Shown here in pieces: positions 19,833 to 30,118 of a DNA stretch of 56,805 nucleotides (its first letter is position 1; every line of letters starts with the position of its first letter). This DNA is from Bacteroidota bacterium (lineage in GTDB: Bacteria; Bacteroidota; Bacteroidia; Bacteroidales; VadinHA17). The translations under genes were made by a program, and so were the position numbers. The stretch covers positions 1 to 56,805 of the forward strand of contig DRPN01000168.1 in the NCBI GenBank assembly GCA_011374625.1, written 5' to 3'. The notes under the pieces were generated by a model. It was not told the DNA's origin. It saw nothing but the letters and a program-made list of their open reading frames with translations, and searched no databases.

Positions 19833-21005
19833 ATGAAATTTAGCAGTAAATTAGGGATTATTGCTCTGACAGGATTGATGTTGGTTTCCTGCAGTAACAA
19901 AAAGGGATTCCGCATTGAAGGAACACTGGAGAATGGAGCAGATAAAAATGTGCAGATACTGGTAATAAATAAGAACCGGATGGTCCCTGCTGACTCGGCT
20001 CAATTGGATAAGAAAGAACATTTTGTCTTATCCGGAGAATTGGAACAACCTACTTTTGCCATATTCCAAACCCTGAAAAATCATTTCATCACCCTGATCC
20101 TGCATCCGGGGGATAAAATAACCATCGAAGGAAATTATGATGATATTGAAAACAACCATTCCGTCAAGGGATCGGAAGATACCCGGTTGTATGAGGAATT
20201 CTCGGCCAGGTTAAAAGAAAATATTGACAAGCTTCAGGAACTGAACAAAATCTACCGGAACAACTCTAAGAGTCCTAACTTTGACAGTATTCTGAATGAT
20301 TTAAACATCCGCTCCAAAGCTATTCTGGACACTCAAAAAGTATACACCCAACAGTTTGTTAAGAAACACCTGAATTCCATGGTAAGTTTGTTGGTCCTTT
20401 ATCAACAAATTGCGCCCGGCACTTACATTTTGGATCCGATGAAAGACTTCACCTATTATAAAATGGTGGATTCATCATTGATGAAATCATATCCACAATC
20501 TGATCCGGTAATCACCTTTCATGCACAGATGGCCCAGTTGCGGGCACGTCATGAACAGGAGGAAATAGCAAATCGGACACTGGGCATCGGGAAAGTTCCT
20601 CCCGACATTGCCCTCCCTACCCCCAAAGGCGACACACTACGCCTTTCTTCATTACATGGTAAAGTGGTATTACTCGATTTCTGGGCCTCCTGGTGTAGTC
20701 CCTGCCGAAGGGAAAATCCCAACATTGTAAAAACTTACAATCGTTTTCACCGGAAAGGATTCGATATCTTACAGGTCTCCCTCGACCGTACCAAAGAAGC
20801 CTGGCTCAACGGAATTAAACAAGATCATCTCGAACAATGGCATCATGTCAGCGACTTGGGATACTGGCAGTCTTCGGTGGTACAATTGTATCATATTCAA
20901 GGGATTCCGACAAACTATCTACTGAACAGGGATGGAAAGATCATCGCCAAAAACCTGCGGGGACAAGCCCTTGCCCAAAAACTGGAAGAGATTTTAGGAA
21001 AATAA
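19833..21005 (+). CDS. TlpA/AhpC-TSA thioredoxin-like lipoprotein with DUF4369-like N-terminus
   Basis: Lipobox LVSC; DFWASWCSPC; IQGIPT cis-Pro loop. Confidence 0.88.
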   Translation: MKFSSKLGIIALTGLMLVSCSNKKGFRIEGTLENGADKNVQILVINKNRMVPADSAQLDKKEHFVLSGELEQPTFAIFQTLKNHFITLILHPGDKITIEGNYDDIENNHSVKGSEDTRLYEEFSARLKENIDKLQELNKIYRNNSKSPNFDSILNDLNIRSKAILDTQKVYTQQFVKKHLNSMVSLLVLYQQIAPGTYILDPMKDFTYYKMVDSSLMKSYPQSDPVITFHAQMAQLRARHEQEEIANRTLGIGKVPPDIALPTPKGDTLRLSSLHGKVVLLDFWASWCSPCRRENPNIVKTYNRFHRKGFDILQVSLDRTKEAWLNGIKQDHLEQWHHVSDLGYWQSSVVQLYHIQGIPTNYLLNRDGKIIAKNLRGQALAQKLEEILGK

Positions 21006-21019
21006 TTTAATAATCAACC

Positions 21020-22213
21020 ATGAGGAGCTCTGAAAATTTTCCGGGGAAAGGCCTGAAAGTAACCTTGTTGTTGCTGACAACCTCTCTTTTTTTCATGTCA
21101 TGCCATCGTCATGAGACGGTCATTAGCGGTACGCTGCACGGAGTAGACAAAAAAATGGTCTACCTCGACGAGATGGACATAAACATCACAAAACCCCTGG
21201 ATTCGGTGCTAACCAACCGAAACGGAAAGTTCCGTTTCCGCTTACGCCTGACAGAGCCTTCTTTCCTGTTACTCAAGCGTTCCGAACAAAACTTTATCAC
21301 CCTGCTGGCCAAACCCGGTGAAAAGATACATGTCAAGGCTGACTCCCTCTTTCTTCAGGCAGGATACCATGTCACAGGCTCGGAAGAATCTTTGTTGATA
21401 AAACAACTGGATGATCATCTCAGGATCACCGTTCATAAAATGGATTCTATCGTACAGATATATCGGCAAATGATGGACAAACCGGGTTTTGATACCCTGA
21501 GACCCAGACTCGATAAAGCTTACAGCGACCTCCTCGCACAACAACGCAAATACAACATTGCTTTTATCCTGGATCACATGCAGTCATTGAGTGCCATCAA
21601 AGCGCTTTATCAGAAAGTTGACGACAATACATATGTGTTGAACAACATTAGAGATATTCAATACCTGAAGATCGTGGCAGATTCGCTGAAAGTTTATTAT
21701 CCCGATTCGAAGATGACCAAAGCCCTGCTGTCTGACCTGCAGAAAGAAATGGGAAAGTACAACCAACTGCAACTGACCAATCTGTTGAAAAATGCCAAAA
21801 GCGTTAAGCTCGACCTGGCTCTTCCGGATATCCAGGGAGATACGGTGTACCTCTCTTCCCTGAGAAAGAAAGGGTATTACGTATTGCTGACTTTCTGGGC
21901 CAGTTGGTGTCAGCAATGCATTTCCGAAAATCTGGAACTAAAAAGCCTTTATAATAAATATCATAAAAAAGGCTTGGAGATTTATGCAGTGTCTTTGGAT
22001 AACAATAAAGATATCTGGGTTAAAGAAGTTCATTTTGACGAACTACCATGGATCAATGTATCCGATCTTAGCTATCCCAATTCGGAGGCAGCACAAAAAT
22101 TCAACGTAAAAACCCCTCCTGTAAATTATCTTTTTGATCCTGAAGGAAATGTTATCGCCAAAGATCTGCATGGCCGGAATCTGCAGATTAAACTTAACCA
22201 ACTATTCGACTAA
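21020..22213 (+). CDS. Second TlpA/AhpC-TSA thioredoxin-like lipoprotein (tandem paralogue)
   Basis: Lipobox FMSC; TFWASWCQQC; same architecture as the upstream gene. Confidence 0.85.
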   Translation: MRSSENFPGKGLKVTLLLLTTSLFFMSCHRHETVISGTLHGVDKKMVYLDEMDINITKPLDSVLTNRNGKFRFRLRLTEPSFLLLKRSEQNFITLLAKPGEKIHVKADSLFLQAGYHVTGSEESLLIKQLDDHLRITVHKMDSIVQIYRQMMDKPGFDTLRPRLDKAYSDLLAQQRKYNIAFILDHMQSLSAIKALYQKVDDNTYVLNNIRDIQYLKIVADSLKVYYPDSKMTKALLSDLQKEMGKYNQLQLTNLLKNAKSVKLDLALPDIQGDTVYLSSLRKKGYYVLLTFWASWCQQCISENLELKSLYNKYHKKGLEIYAVSLDNNKDIWVKEVHFDELPWINVSDLSYPNSEAAQKFNVKTPPVNYLFDPEGNVIAKDLHGRNLQIKLNQLFD

Positions 22214-22225
22214 AAAAGATATAAT

Positions 22226-22978
22226 TTGGAAACAGTTCGGAAAGTATATTTTTTTTCTGATCTGCACTTGGGACTGCCAACAGATGTTCCGGCAGTTGAA
22301 CGGGAGAAACTCGTTGTCCGATGGCTGGATGAAATCAGCGATACTGTGGCCGAGCTTTTTGTAGTAGGGGATATCTTCGATTATTGGTTTGAATACAAGT
22401 ATGTCATCCCGAAAGGTTTTACCCGTTTTCTAGGGAAGATGGCTGCATTCACCGATCGCGGTATCCCGGTACATTTTTTCACCGGCAATCATGATGTCTG
22501 GATGTATGATTATTTTCCGGAAGAATTGGGAGTCACCGTACATACTAAACCATTCGTCTATGAAAATGCGGGAAAACGATTTTATATTGCTCACGGCGAT
22601 GGTCTGGGCCCCGGCGATCCGGGATATAAACTACTGAAGGGAATTTTCAACAACAAAGTGCTGCAATGGATGTACAAACGCTTACATCCCAATTTTGCCA
22701 CCTGGCTGGCCCATCGTTGGTCACAAGCCGACCGGGGGGATGAACCCTCCGAATTTTTGGGAGAAGAAAAAGAAGCTTTGTTCCAGCATTCCAAAAAAAT
22801 CCTGACCAACGAATCTATTGATTACTTCATTTACGGCCACCGGCACCTGGTACTGGATCATCCTCTCGGCAATACCGCCCGGATTATCTATCTGGGCGAC
22901 TGGATCACCCTTTTTTCCTATGCGGTTTTCGACGGAAATGACCTGAAATTAAAATATTATAAACCTCAGGACGGGTAA
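22226..22978 (+). CDS. lpxH: UDP-2,3-diacylglucosamine hydrolase (calcineurin-like metallophosphoesterase)
   Basis: SDLHLG, GDIFDYW, GNHD, AHGDG, GHRH, LGDW; TTG start. Confidence 0.88.
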   Translation: METVRKVYFFSDLHLGLPTDVPAVEREKLVVRWLDEISDTVAELFVVGDIFDYWFEYKYVIPKGFTRFLGKMAAFTDRGIPVHFFTGNHDVWMYDYFPEELGVTVHTKPFVYENAGKRFYIAHGDGLGPGDPGYKLLKGIFNNKVLQWMYKRLHPNFATWLAHRWSQADRGDEPSEFLGEEKEALFQHSKKILTNESIDYFIYGHRHLVLDHPLGNTARIIYLGDWITLFSYAVFDGNDLKLKYYKPQDG

Positions 22979-23106
22979 AAACATGCCGGATAAAGAAAGT
23001 CTTTCCGCACAGCTACAGGCAAGTCGGGAACACCGTCATTCTGACAAAGTATTTTTCGAAACACGCCTATAATATATAATGACAACTTAGAACCCCATCG
23101 CATGGC

Positions 23107-23141
23107 AATAAAAAAGGCTCCTTTCGGGAGCCTTTTTTATT
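23107..23141. terminator. Bidirectional intrinsic terminator
   Basis: AATAAAAAAGGCTCC-TTTCG-GGAGCCTTTTTTATT between convergent lpxH and hppA. Confidence 0.9.
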
Positions 23142-23168
23142 TTTTAACCGAATAATATTCTAGTAGTT

Positions 23169-25592
23169 CTATTCTTTTTCCTTTTTGATCCGCATTCCGT
23201 AAAATGATTTGTAAACAAAGATCAGTCCGAAGACCAGAAACAAAGCCCCGATCACTACGGTCCAGTCAAATGTACCGCTACTATGGGCATTCATCCGCAT
23301 GTGAACGGCGATTTCCACAGCCAGCAGTCCAAACAAGGTAGAAAATTTAATGATCGGGTTCATAGCTACAGAGGACGTATCTTTGTAAGGATCTCCCACA
23401 GTATCACCTATCACCGTAGCTTCATGCAATGGCGTACCTTTTTCATTGAGATCTACTTCCACAATTTTCTTGGCATTATCCCAGGATCCTCCCGCATTGG
23501 CCATATAAATGGCCTGGAAGAGACCGAAAACAGCCAGGGAAATCAGATAGGAAACAAAATAATTGGGGTCAAAGAAAGCAAAAGCCAGTGTCAATGAAAA
23601 GATTACCGCAAAGATATTCCACATCCCGTTCTGTGCATATTTGGTGCAGATCTTTACAACGGATTTCGAATCCTCTATGCTGGATTCCTGGAGATCCAGA
23701 TTAATATTTTTTTTGATAAAAGCCGTGGCACGATAAGCTCCTGTGGTAACCGCCTGCAGCGAAGCCCCCGTAAACCAGTAGATCACCACCCCCCCGGTAA
23801 TAAACCCGAGGATAACCTGCGGATCCAGCAATTCAAGCTGCAGAAGTCCCAGGTTTCTCAACAGTAGAATGATCGCAAAGATCAAAGTGGTAGCCCCGAT
23901 CACAGCCGTTCCGATCAAAACGGGCTTGGCGGTTGCCTTGAATGTATTCCCGGCCGAGTCGTTGGATTCAAGATAGTATTTCCCTTTTTCAAAATCAGGT
24001 TTGAATCCGAAATCTTCCTCAATTTCCCGTTCAATATTATCCAGTTTTTCGATCCGGGAAAGCTCGAATACCGATTGGGCATTGTCCGTCACCGGTCCGA
24101 AACTGTCTACTGCAATGGTCACCGGACCCATCCCCAGTAAACCAAAGGCTATCAGTCCGAAAGCAAATACTGTCGGATAAATCATAATAGCATTCAGGCC
24201 CAACGTACTAACAAAATAACCCAGAGCCATGAGAGCTACAATCGTAAGTCCTTCCCAAAAAGCTGAAAAATTTCCGGCCACAAGTCCCGAGAGGATCGTC
24301 AGGGAGGCGCCTCCTTCGCGTGAAGCAGTGACAATCTCCTTCACATGGCGTGAGTTGGGAGAAGTAAATACCTTGGTTAGTTCCGGTATCAGTGCAGCAG
24401 CCAGCGTGCCCACACTAATGATCGTGGAAAGTTTCCACCAGAGCCCTGTCAGAACCATTCCATTCTCAAGTCGGATATCGCCTCCGAGCATGAAATAGCT
24501 CACCAGATAAGTACTGAGAATGGAAATAAAGGAAGTGATCCATATCAGGGTGGTAAGTGGCGCTTCAAAGTTATAATCTTCGGCTTTTCCGTACTTGGCC
24601 TTTCCGAACATATCGTTGATCCAATAGGATAGAAGAGAAGTAATCACCATCATGATACGCATGACAAAGATCCAAACAATCAGATTGGCCTGGAAATCAG
24701 TACCTACAACAGCCAGTACAATAAAAGAAATCAGGGCTACGCCAGTAACGCCATAAGTCTCAAAACCATCAGCCGTAGGTCCAACACTATCGCCGGCATT
24801 ATCACCGGTACAATCGGCAATCACTCCCGGGTTCCTCGGATCATCTTCCGGAAGGTTAAATACGATTTTCATCAGGTCGGCTCCAATGTCTGCAATCTTG
24901 GTAAATATCCCTCCGGCTACACGCAGTGCACTGGCCCCCAGCGACTCACCGATCGCAAAACCTACAAAACAAGCGCCGGCACTGTCACGCGGAACAAACA
25001 AAAGGATAAAGATCATCATAAATAACTCTACCGTTACCAACAAGACTCCCACACTCATCCCTGACCGCAATGGTATAGAAGTAACCTCCCAGGGATGTTT
25101 TTTCAATGAAGCAAATGAGGTCCGGCTGTTGGCCAGGGTATTAATCCGGATGCCATACCAGGCTACTCCGTAAGAACCTGAAATACCAATAATGGTCCAA
25201 AGAATAACCATAAGAACCTTCGGAATGGGCATATGGCTCAAGCCGAAGAAATAATAGATAATAGCTATGGCTACAATCCCGAACAATATCATCAGGAACT
25301 TCCCTTGTTGCAATAAATAGGTCTTGCATGTTTCATAAATAATGCCAGAGACATGCAACATGGACTTGTGAGCCGGGATCTTTTTGATCTTGGCATAGGT
25401 CCATATCCCGAAGACCCATCCGAAGATCACAAAGATCAACCCATAAAACAACAGACTCCAGCCGTCAACACCCCCAAGTTTAGAAAATACACTCTCCCTC
25501 ATATCAGGGATATTCAGGTCAGCCTCACTAGCTATGGATAAAAAAGGAAAAAACAAAAAGAAAAGCAGGCCTGAAAAAACTTTCTTTTTCAT
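23169..25592 (-). CDS. hppA: Membrane-integral ion-translocating pyrophosphatase (divergent, K+-independent H+-PPase type)
   Basis: GGIFTKIADIGADLMK, EDDPRNPGVIADCTGDNAGD, DSFGPVTDNA, GNTFKA, GGSWDNAKK, GDTVGDPYKDT. Confidence 0.93.
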   Translation of the reverse strand: MKKKVFSGLLFFLFFPFLSIASEADLNIPDMRESVFSKLGGVDGWSLLFYGLIFVIFGWVFGIWTYAKIKKIPAHKSMLHVSGIIYETCKTYLLQQGKFLMILFGIVAIAIIYYFFGLSHMPIPKVLMVILWTIIGISGSYGVAWYGIRINTLANSRTSFASLKKHPWEVTSIPLRSGMSVGVLLVTVELFMMIFILLFVPRDSAGACFVGFAIGESLGASALRVAGGIFTKIADIGADLMKIVFNLPEDDPRNPGVIADCTGDNAGDSVGPTADGFETYGVTGVALISFIVLAVVGTDFQANLIVWIFVMRIMMVITSLLSYWINDMFGKAKYGKAEDYNFEAPLTTLIWITSFISILSTYLVSYFMLGGDIRLENGMVLTGLWWKLSTIISVGTLAAALIPELTKVFTSPNSRHVKEIVTASREGGASLTILSGLVAGNFSAFWEGLTIVALMALGYFVSTLGLNAIMIYPTVFAFGLIAFGLLGMGPVTIAVDSFGPVTDNAQSVFELSRIEKLDNIEREIEEDFGFKPDFEKGKYYLESNDSAGNTFKATAKPVLIGTAVIGATTLIFAIILLLRNLGLLQLELLDPQVILGFITGGVVIYWFTGASLQAVTTGAYRATAFIKKNINLDLQESSIEDSKSVVKICTKYAQNGMWNIFAVIFSLTLAFAFFDPNYFVSYLISLAVFGLFQAIYMANAGGSWDNAKKIVEVDLNEKGTPLHEATVIGDTVGDPYKDTSSVAMNPIIKFSTLFGLLAVEIAVHMRMNAHSSGTFDWTVVIGALFLVFGLIFVYKSFYGMRIKKEKE

Positions 25593-25656
25593 AATGATTA
25601 GATTTAATTGTTCATAACAAAAATTTCCTGATTCAATTTTATTTTAAAAATTGCCA

Positions 25657-25664
25657 CAAATATA
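25657..25664 (-). promoter_or_regulatory. Bacteroidota -7 element (TATATTTG) for hppA
   Basis: TAnnTTTG match about 65 nt upstream of the start. Confidence 0.5.
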
Positions 25665-25838
25665 AATTATATAAAATATGAAACGCCTTACTTGTACCAG
25701 AAATTTTAAAAAATCTTTTTCTTCTGAAAAACATAAGACAAAATATTTTGAACATTTAATGAAAAAAGTTATGATTATTCCTTATTTTTTTATTATCTTA
25801 AACAAATGATATTTGGAAAATAAACTCACAATAATAAT

Positions 25839-27134
25839 ATGAAAAGATACTCCATAACATGCAAAATGTTTTTCTTCATCCTATTGGTCACAATACAACA
25901 GGCAATATCTTACAGCAGGAACCTTTCTCCCTCAGAGCAAAACGATACAGTAACCTTCCTGAAACTGGCAGGAGAGGTCATCAATGCGAAGAACAAGCAA
26001 CCAATAATTTTTGCTTCTGTTTTTATAGAAGGAACCCATATCGGAACAGTAACAAATACGGAAGGTCGTTTTTTGCTTAAAGTTCCTACAGCATATGCAG
26101 ACCATAAAATAGGCTTCAGTTGCATGGGATACAAGCAGAAGTTCATGTCTGTTTCCTCATTAAAGGACAATTATAATACCATCCCTTTGGTTCCGGATAT
26201 TATTCCGATCCCTGCAGTCATTGTCCATAACCTGGATCCTGTGATGTTGCTAAAGCAGGCGATGAAAAATATATCTGCAAATTACAGTAATCATCCGGCT
26301 ATGATGACTGCTTTTTACCGGGAAACGGTTAAAAAAGGCTCTTTCAAATACCTGTCCGTAGGGGAAGCCGTGCTGGATATCTACAAAGCATCCTACACAA
26401 ACAATTTGGGTCTTGACAGGGTGTCAGTTTATAAAGGCAGAAAAGCAATTTATGTCAAGCGGGAAGATACTTTAATGGTTAAACTACAGGGAGGGCCTGT
26501 CACGGCATTTTATCTCGATCTGGCCAAGACCCCCGGGGACATCCTCTCTGCATACGTATTTGATTATTACGATTATTCCATAGGCGGTCAGGTAAAAATC
26601 GACGGCCGTACTACATATGCAATTCATTTTGATCAAAAAGATACGGTAACCATCCCCTTATACCGTGGTACCATATATCTGGACACCAGCTCATTGGCAA
26701 TTGTACAGGTAGAATATGAGATCAGTCCCAAACAAATTGACCAAGCTGCTAAATATCTGATCCTTAAAAAACCCGCCCGGTTGCATGTAGATGTGTTAAG
26801 CGCTGCTTATTTAGTAAAATACCGGTTCCTGGATGGTAAGTGGGTTTTGAATTACATGCGACTGGAAAACCGCTTTCGCACTAAGTGGACTAAGAAATTA
26901 TTCCGGTCACATTATACAATTCTTTCAGAAGCTGTAGTGACGGATATTGATTATAATAATGTAAAAAAGCCAAAATACCGAGAGAGTTTTAAATGGCATG
27001 ATATCTTTACCGAAGAAGTAAGTACTTTCGAAGATCCTGATTTCTGGGGTCCCAACAATGTGATCCAACCGGAAGAATCCATACAAACAGCCATTCAGAA
27101 AATCAGCCGGAAACTCAAAAGACATGAAGAATAA
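25839..27134 (+). CDS. Exported protein with a carboxypeptidase-regulatory-like N-terminal domain
   Basis: Signal-peptide-like N-terminus; G.V.NAKNKQPIIFASV...GTVTNTEGRF...SCMGY; AFYRE; DPDFWG..NVIQPE C-terminus typical of this Bacteroidota family. Confidence 0.75.
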   Translation: MKRYSITCKMFFFILLVTIQQAISYSRNLSPSEQNDTVTFLKLAGEVINAKNKQPIIFASVFIEGTHIGTVTNTEGRFLLKVPTAYADHKIGFSCMGYKQKFMSVSSLKDNYNTIPLVPDIIPIPAVIVHNLDPVMLLKQAMKNISANYSNHPAMMTAFYRETVKKGSFKYLSVGEAVLDIYKASYTNNLGLDRVSVYKGRKAIYVKREDTLMVKLQGGPVTAFYLDLAKTPGDILSAYVFDYYDYSIGGQVKIDGRTTYAIHFDQKDTVTIPLYRGTIYLDTSSLAIVQVEYEISPKQIDQAAKYLILKKPARLHVDVLSAAYLVKYRFLDGKWVLNYMRLENRFRTKWTKKLFRSHYTILSEAVVTDIDYNNVKKPKYRESFKWHDIFTEEVSTFEDPDFWGPNNVIQPEESIQTAIQKISRKLKRHEE

Positions 27135-27143
27135 ATTGTAAGC

Positions 27144-27171
27144 GTAGAGGCTCAAAACTTTAAGCCCCTAC
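27144..27171. repeat. GTAG-initiated 28-bp palindrome (REP-like)
   Basis: GTAGAGGCTCAAAACTTTAAGCCCCTAC between convergent genes; related to 50597-50624. Confidence 0.6.
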
Positions 27172-27233
27172 TTGTAAAACAATATCGTTCAACCTCAAAC
27201 AGCCAGTTGAACTCCGATAAACTTTATGTTGAT

Positions 27234-28745
27234 TCAGAAAGGTGTATTGTTCTCAAAGAATCCTTTTCCTCCATGGGTTTCCGGTTCATTGTTCATCCTT
27301 GAGCTGTAGGTCATTGTTTTGGGTGCATTTATTTCCGAATCCAGCATAGCCTCATAATCTTCCAGGTCGGTAAATCGTGCCAGTTTGTCTGCAAACCGCA
27401 AGCGCACGTCTCCAATAGGACCGTTTCGATGTTTGGCGAGAATGATCTCGGCCACGCCGATCGTAGAAGTACCATCCTCAAATTCCGTAATATTGTATTT
27501 CTCGGGCCGATGAATAAACAAAACCATATCGGCATCCTGTTCGATGGCGCCGGACTCACGCAGATCAGACAGTTGTGGTCGTTTATTTCCCGAGCGCATC
27601 TCCACAGACCTGTTTAGCTGGCTCAGGGCTATGATTGGCACATCCAGTTCTTTTGCCACTGTTTTCAGGGTACGGGATATAAAACTCACCTCTTGCTCAC
27701 GGCTTCCTTTATTGTCTGTAGGAGCAGTCATTAGCTGCAGGTAATCCACCACTACCAATTCGACACCATATTGCATTTTCAGACGGCGGCATTTAGCTCG
27801 GAATTCAAACAATGAGATAGCCGGAGTGTCATCAATGTAAATAGGGGCTTCGATCAGTTTCTTGATCCTGTCCTCCAGTATTTTCCATTCATCATCAGTG
27901 AGTTTTCCATTCCGTACTTTTTGTATGGGCAGCTCCGTCTCACTGACAATCAGGCGATTAACCAATTGAAGCGAAGACATTTCGAGAGAGAAAATCGCAA
28001 CCGGCCGTTCATGGTCAATGGCAATATTACGGGCCATGGAAAGAGCAAAAGCTGTTTTCCCCATGGAAGGCCGGGCGGCAATAATCACCAGATCGGATTT
28101 CTGCCAGCCAGAGGTCATGCGATCCAACTTGGTAAAGCCGGAGGGTATACCGCTGAGGTTATCTTCCCGCTTGGCTGCTTCCTGTATCTGTTCAATAGCC
28201 TTATGTACCAATACATTGATCTTGGAAGTCTCCCTCTTTATATATCCTTCGGCAATTTGAAACAACTCCTGCTCGGAAAAGTCCAGCAAGTCATCCACAT
28301 CAATACTTTCATCGAATGAACGACGCTGTATTTCTGAAGAAACTCTTATCAGCTCACGCTGTATAAACTTCTGAGCAATGATCCGCGCATGATACTCAAC
28401 ATGGGCAGAAGATACAATACGGCTTGTCAACTGAGACAGGTAATAAGCCCCTCCCACTTCTTCCAGCTCACCCCTTTTCTTCAACTCTTCCTTAACAGTA
28501 AGAATATCTATCGGTTTTTGCTGTTGTGACAATTCGACAATCGCCGCATAAATCTTCTGATGCGTCTCTTTGTAGAAACTCTCCGGAATCAGAATATCCA
28601 ATACCGAAAGGATTACATCTTTTTCCAACATAATGGCTCCTAATACAGCCTCTTCCAGTTCTACCGCCTGCGGGGGTATTTTCCCCATATCGTCCACTAA
28701 GGGTGGTTTTCCGATGTTTTTCTTTTTGATTTCCCTTCCTGCCAT
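27234..28745 (-). CDS. dnaB: Replicative DNA helicase
   Basis: AARPSMGKT, FSLEMS, VDYLQLM, LSQLNR, DLRESGAIEQDAD, KHRNGP; no intein apparent. Confidence 0.97.
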   Translation of the reverse strand: MAGREIKKKNIGKPPLVDDMGKIPPQAVELEEAVLGAIMLEKDVILSVLDILIPESFYKETHQKIYAAIVELSQQQKPIDILTVKEELKKRGELEEVGGAYYLSQLTSRIVSSAHVEYHARIIAQKFIQRELIRVSSEIQRRSFDESIDVDDLLDFSEQELFQIAEGYIKRETSKINVLVHKAIEQIQEAAKREDNLSGIPSGFTKLDRMTSGWQKSDLVIIAARPSMGKTAFALSMARNIAIDHERPVAIFSLEMSSLQLVNRLIVSETELPIQKVRNGKLTDDEWKILEDRIKKLIEAPIYIDDTPAISLFEFRAKCRRLKMQYGVELVVVDYLQLMTAPTDNKGSREQEVSFISRTLKTVAKELDVPIIALSQLNRSVEMRSGNKRPQLSDLRESGAIEQDADMVLFIHRPEKYNITEFEDGTSTIGVAEIILAKHRNGPIGDVRLRFADKLARFTDLEDYEAMLDSEINAPKTMTYSSRMNNEPETHGGKGFFENNTPF

Positions 28746-28765
28746 TGCATTGTTTTTGTACCAAT

Positions 28766-28773
28766 CAAAATTA
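28766..28773 (-). promoter_or_regulatory. Bacteroidota -7 element (TAATTTTG) for dnaB
   Basis: TAnnTTTG match 20 nt upstream of the ATG. Confidence 0.55.
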
Positions 28774-28922
28774 CGAAATGATCCTGACGTAACCTATCAC
28801 TTTTTACTTACTTTTACACACCAAATGTTAAAAAAAAAATTTTTCTGTTAATAAATTTCCCCATCCCGTACATAGTGCTCAATTCGGATATTCCTTTATC
28901 TTTATTCCTGAAAAATTCAATC

Positions 28923-29738
28923 ATGATTGTTTACCCCAACGCTAAAATAAATCTGGGTTTGCGTATTCTTAGCAAGCGTCCTGATGGGTTTCACGATATT
29001 GAGACTCTTTTTTATCCTGTTGGATGGAGTGACATTTTGGAGATTCTCCCCTCCGGTTTTTCCAGTGGCATCCGATTCAAGATAAGTGGTATTCCCCTGC
29101 CGGGATGTTCAAAAGATAATCTCATTTACAAAGCCGCTTCCCTTATGCAGGAACGGTATGACCTGCCTGGGATAAGGATCCATCTGCACAAGCAGATCCC
29201 TGTGGGGGCAGGACTGGGTGGTGGTTCTTCCGATGCTGCTTTTACCCTGAAAACAATTCAACGGTTATTTTCTCTCGACCTTTCTTTTCATGAATTACAT
29301 CAACTGGCAGCACAACTTGGTAGTGACTGCGCTTTTTTCCTGGTCAACAAGCCGGCACTGGCTTCCGGTAAAGGCGAGAAACTCACTCCTGTGTCTTTGG
29401 ATTTACACGGCATATATGTCCTGATCATTTTCCCGGGTTTTACATTGGATACAGGTCGTATGTATAATATAGCCCGGATCTCTACAAAAGGTATGTCACT
29501 GAAAGAGGCAATCACCAAACCCCGTAACGAATGGAAAAAATATCTCATTAACCATTTCGAAGAGCCTCTCTCGCGGGATTTTCCCGTAATTCAGAAATTA
29601 CTGAAACATTTGTATGCAAGTGGTGCATGGTTTGCTTCCGTTTCCGGTAGTGGTTCCTCCGTTTACGGTCTTTTTGACGCCCCTCCGAGGAACCTCTCAT
29701 TGCCCCAGAATTATCAAACCTGGTCAGAGCAGCTATAA
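28923..29738 (+). CDS. ispE: 4-diphosphocytidyl-2-C-methyl-D-erythritol kinase
   Basis: PNAKINLGL, DGFHDIET, KQIPVGAGLGGGSSDAA, GSDCAFF, SGSGSS. Start moved to the ATG at 28923. Confidence 0.94.
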   Translation: MIVYPNAKINLGLRILSKRPDGFHDIETLFYPVGWSDILEILPSGFSSGIRFKISGIPLPGCSKDNLIYKAASLMQERYDLPGIRIHLHKQIPVGAGLGGGSSDAAFTLKTIQRLFSLDLSFHELHQLAAQLGSDCAFFLVNKPALASGKGEKLTPVSLDLHGIYVLIIFPGFTLDTGRMYNIARISTKGMSLKEAITKPRNEWKKYLINHFEEPLSRDFPVIQKLLKHLYASGAWFASVSGSGSSVYGLFDAPPRNLSLPQNYQTWSEQL

Positions 29739-29739
29739 C

Positions 29740-30111
29740 CTATTTGTTATCCGGTTCGATCTTCAACAGAAGCTGATCTTTCCTTACATTTTCCCCTTCT
29801 TTAACATATATCCTTTTTACCTTTCCTGTCATAGGAGCCAACACACGGTTTTTCATCTTCATAGCTTCTAAAATTATTAGTTTATCCCCTTTTTTTATTT
29901 TTTGTCCTTCTTTCACGTTGACTTTCCGAATATTTCCGGCAATAAACGAACGAATCAGATCCAACTCGGGCAAATGGTATTTTATGCGTTTTTCAAAATC
30001 CTCCGGTAAAATGGTTTTATATTCCGTACCATCTATATTGAGAATGGCTTTGGGTTTTTTTTCTTTTTTCATTTCCATCTGGAAAAAATTTTTCTTGGGA
30101 GATAAAAGCAT
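29740..30111 (-). CDS. Biotin carboxyl carrier protein (true start may be 30078 or 30072)
   Basis: EAMKM biotinylation motif; directly downstream of the carboxyltransferase. Confidence 0.9.
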   Translation of the reverse strand: MLLSPKKNFFQMEMKKEKKPKAILNIDGTEYKTILPEDFEKRIKYHLPELDLIRSFIAGNIRKVNVKEGQKIKKGDKLIILEAMKMKNRVLAPMTGKVKRIYVKEGENVRKDQLLLKIEPDNK

Positions 30112-30118
30112 AAGTTAA

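Noticed and set aside
27234-28745. Possible intein in DnaB
   Set aside because: The length (503 aa) is normal and the helicase motifs are contiguous.
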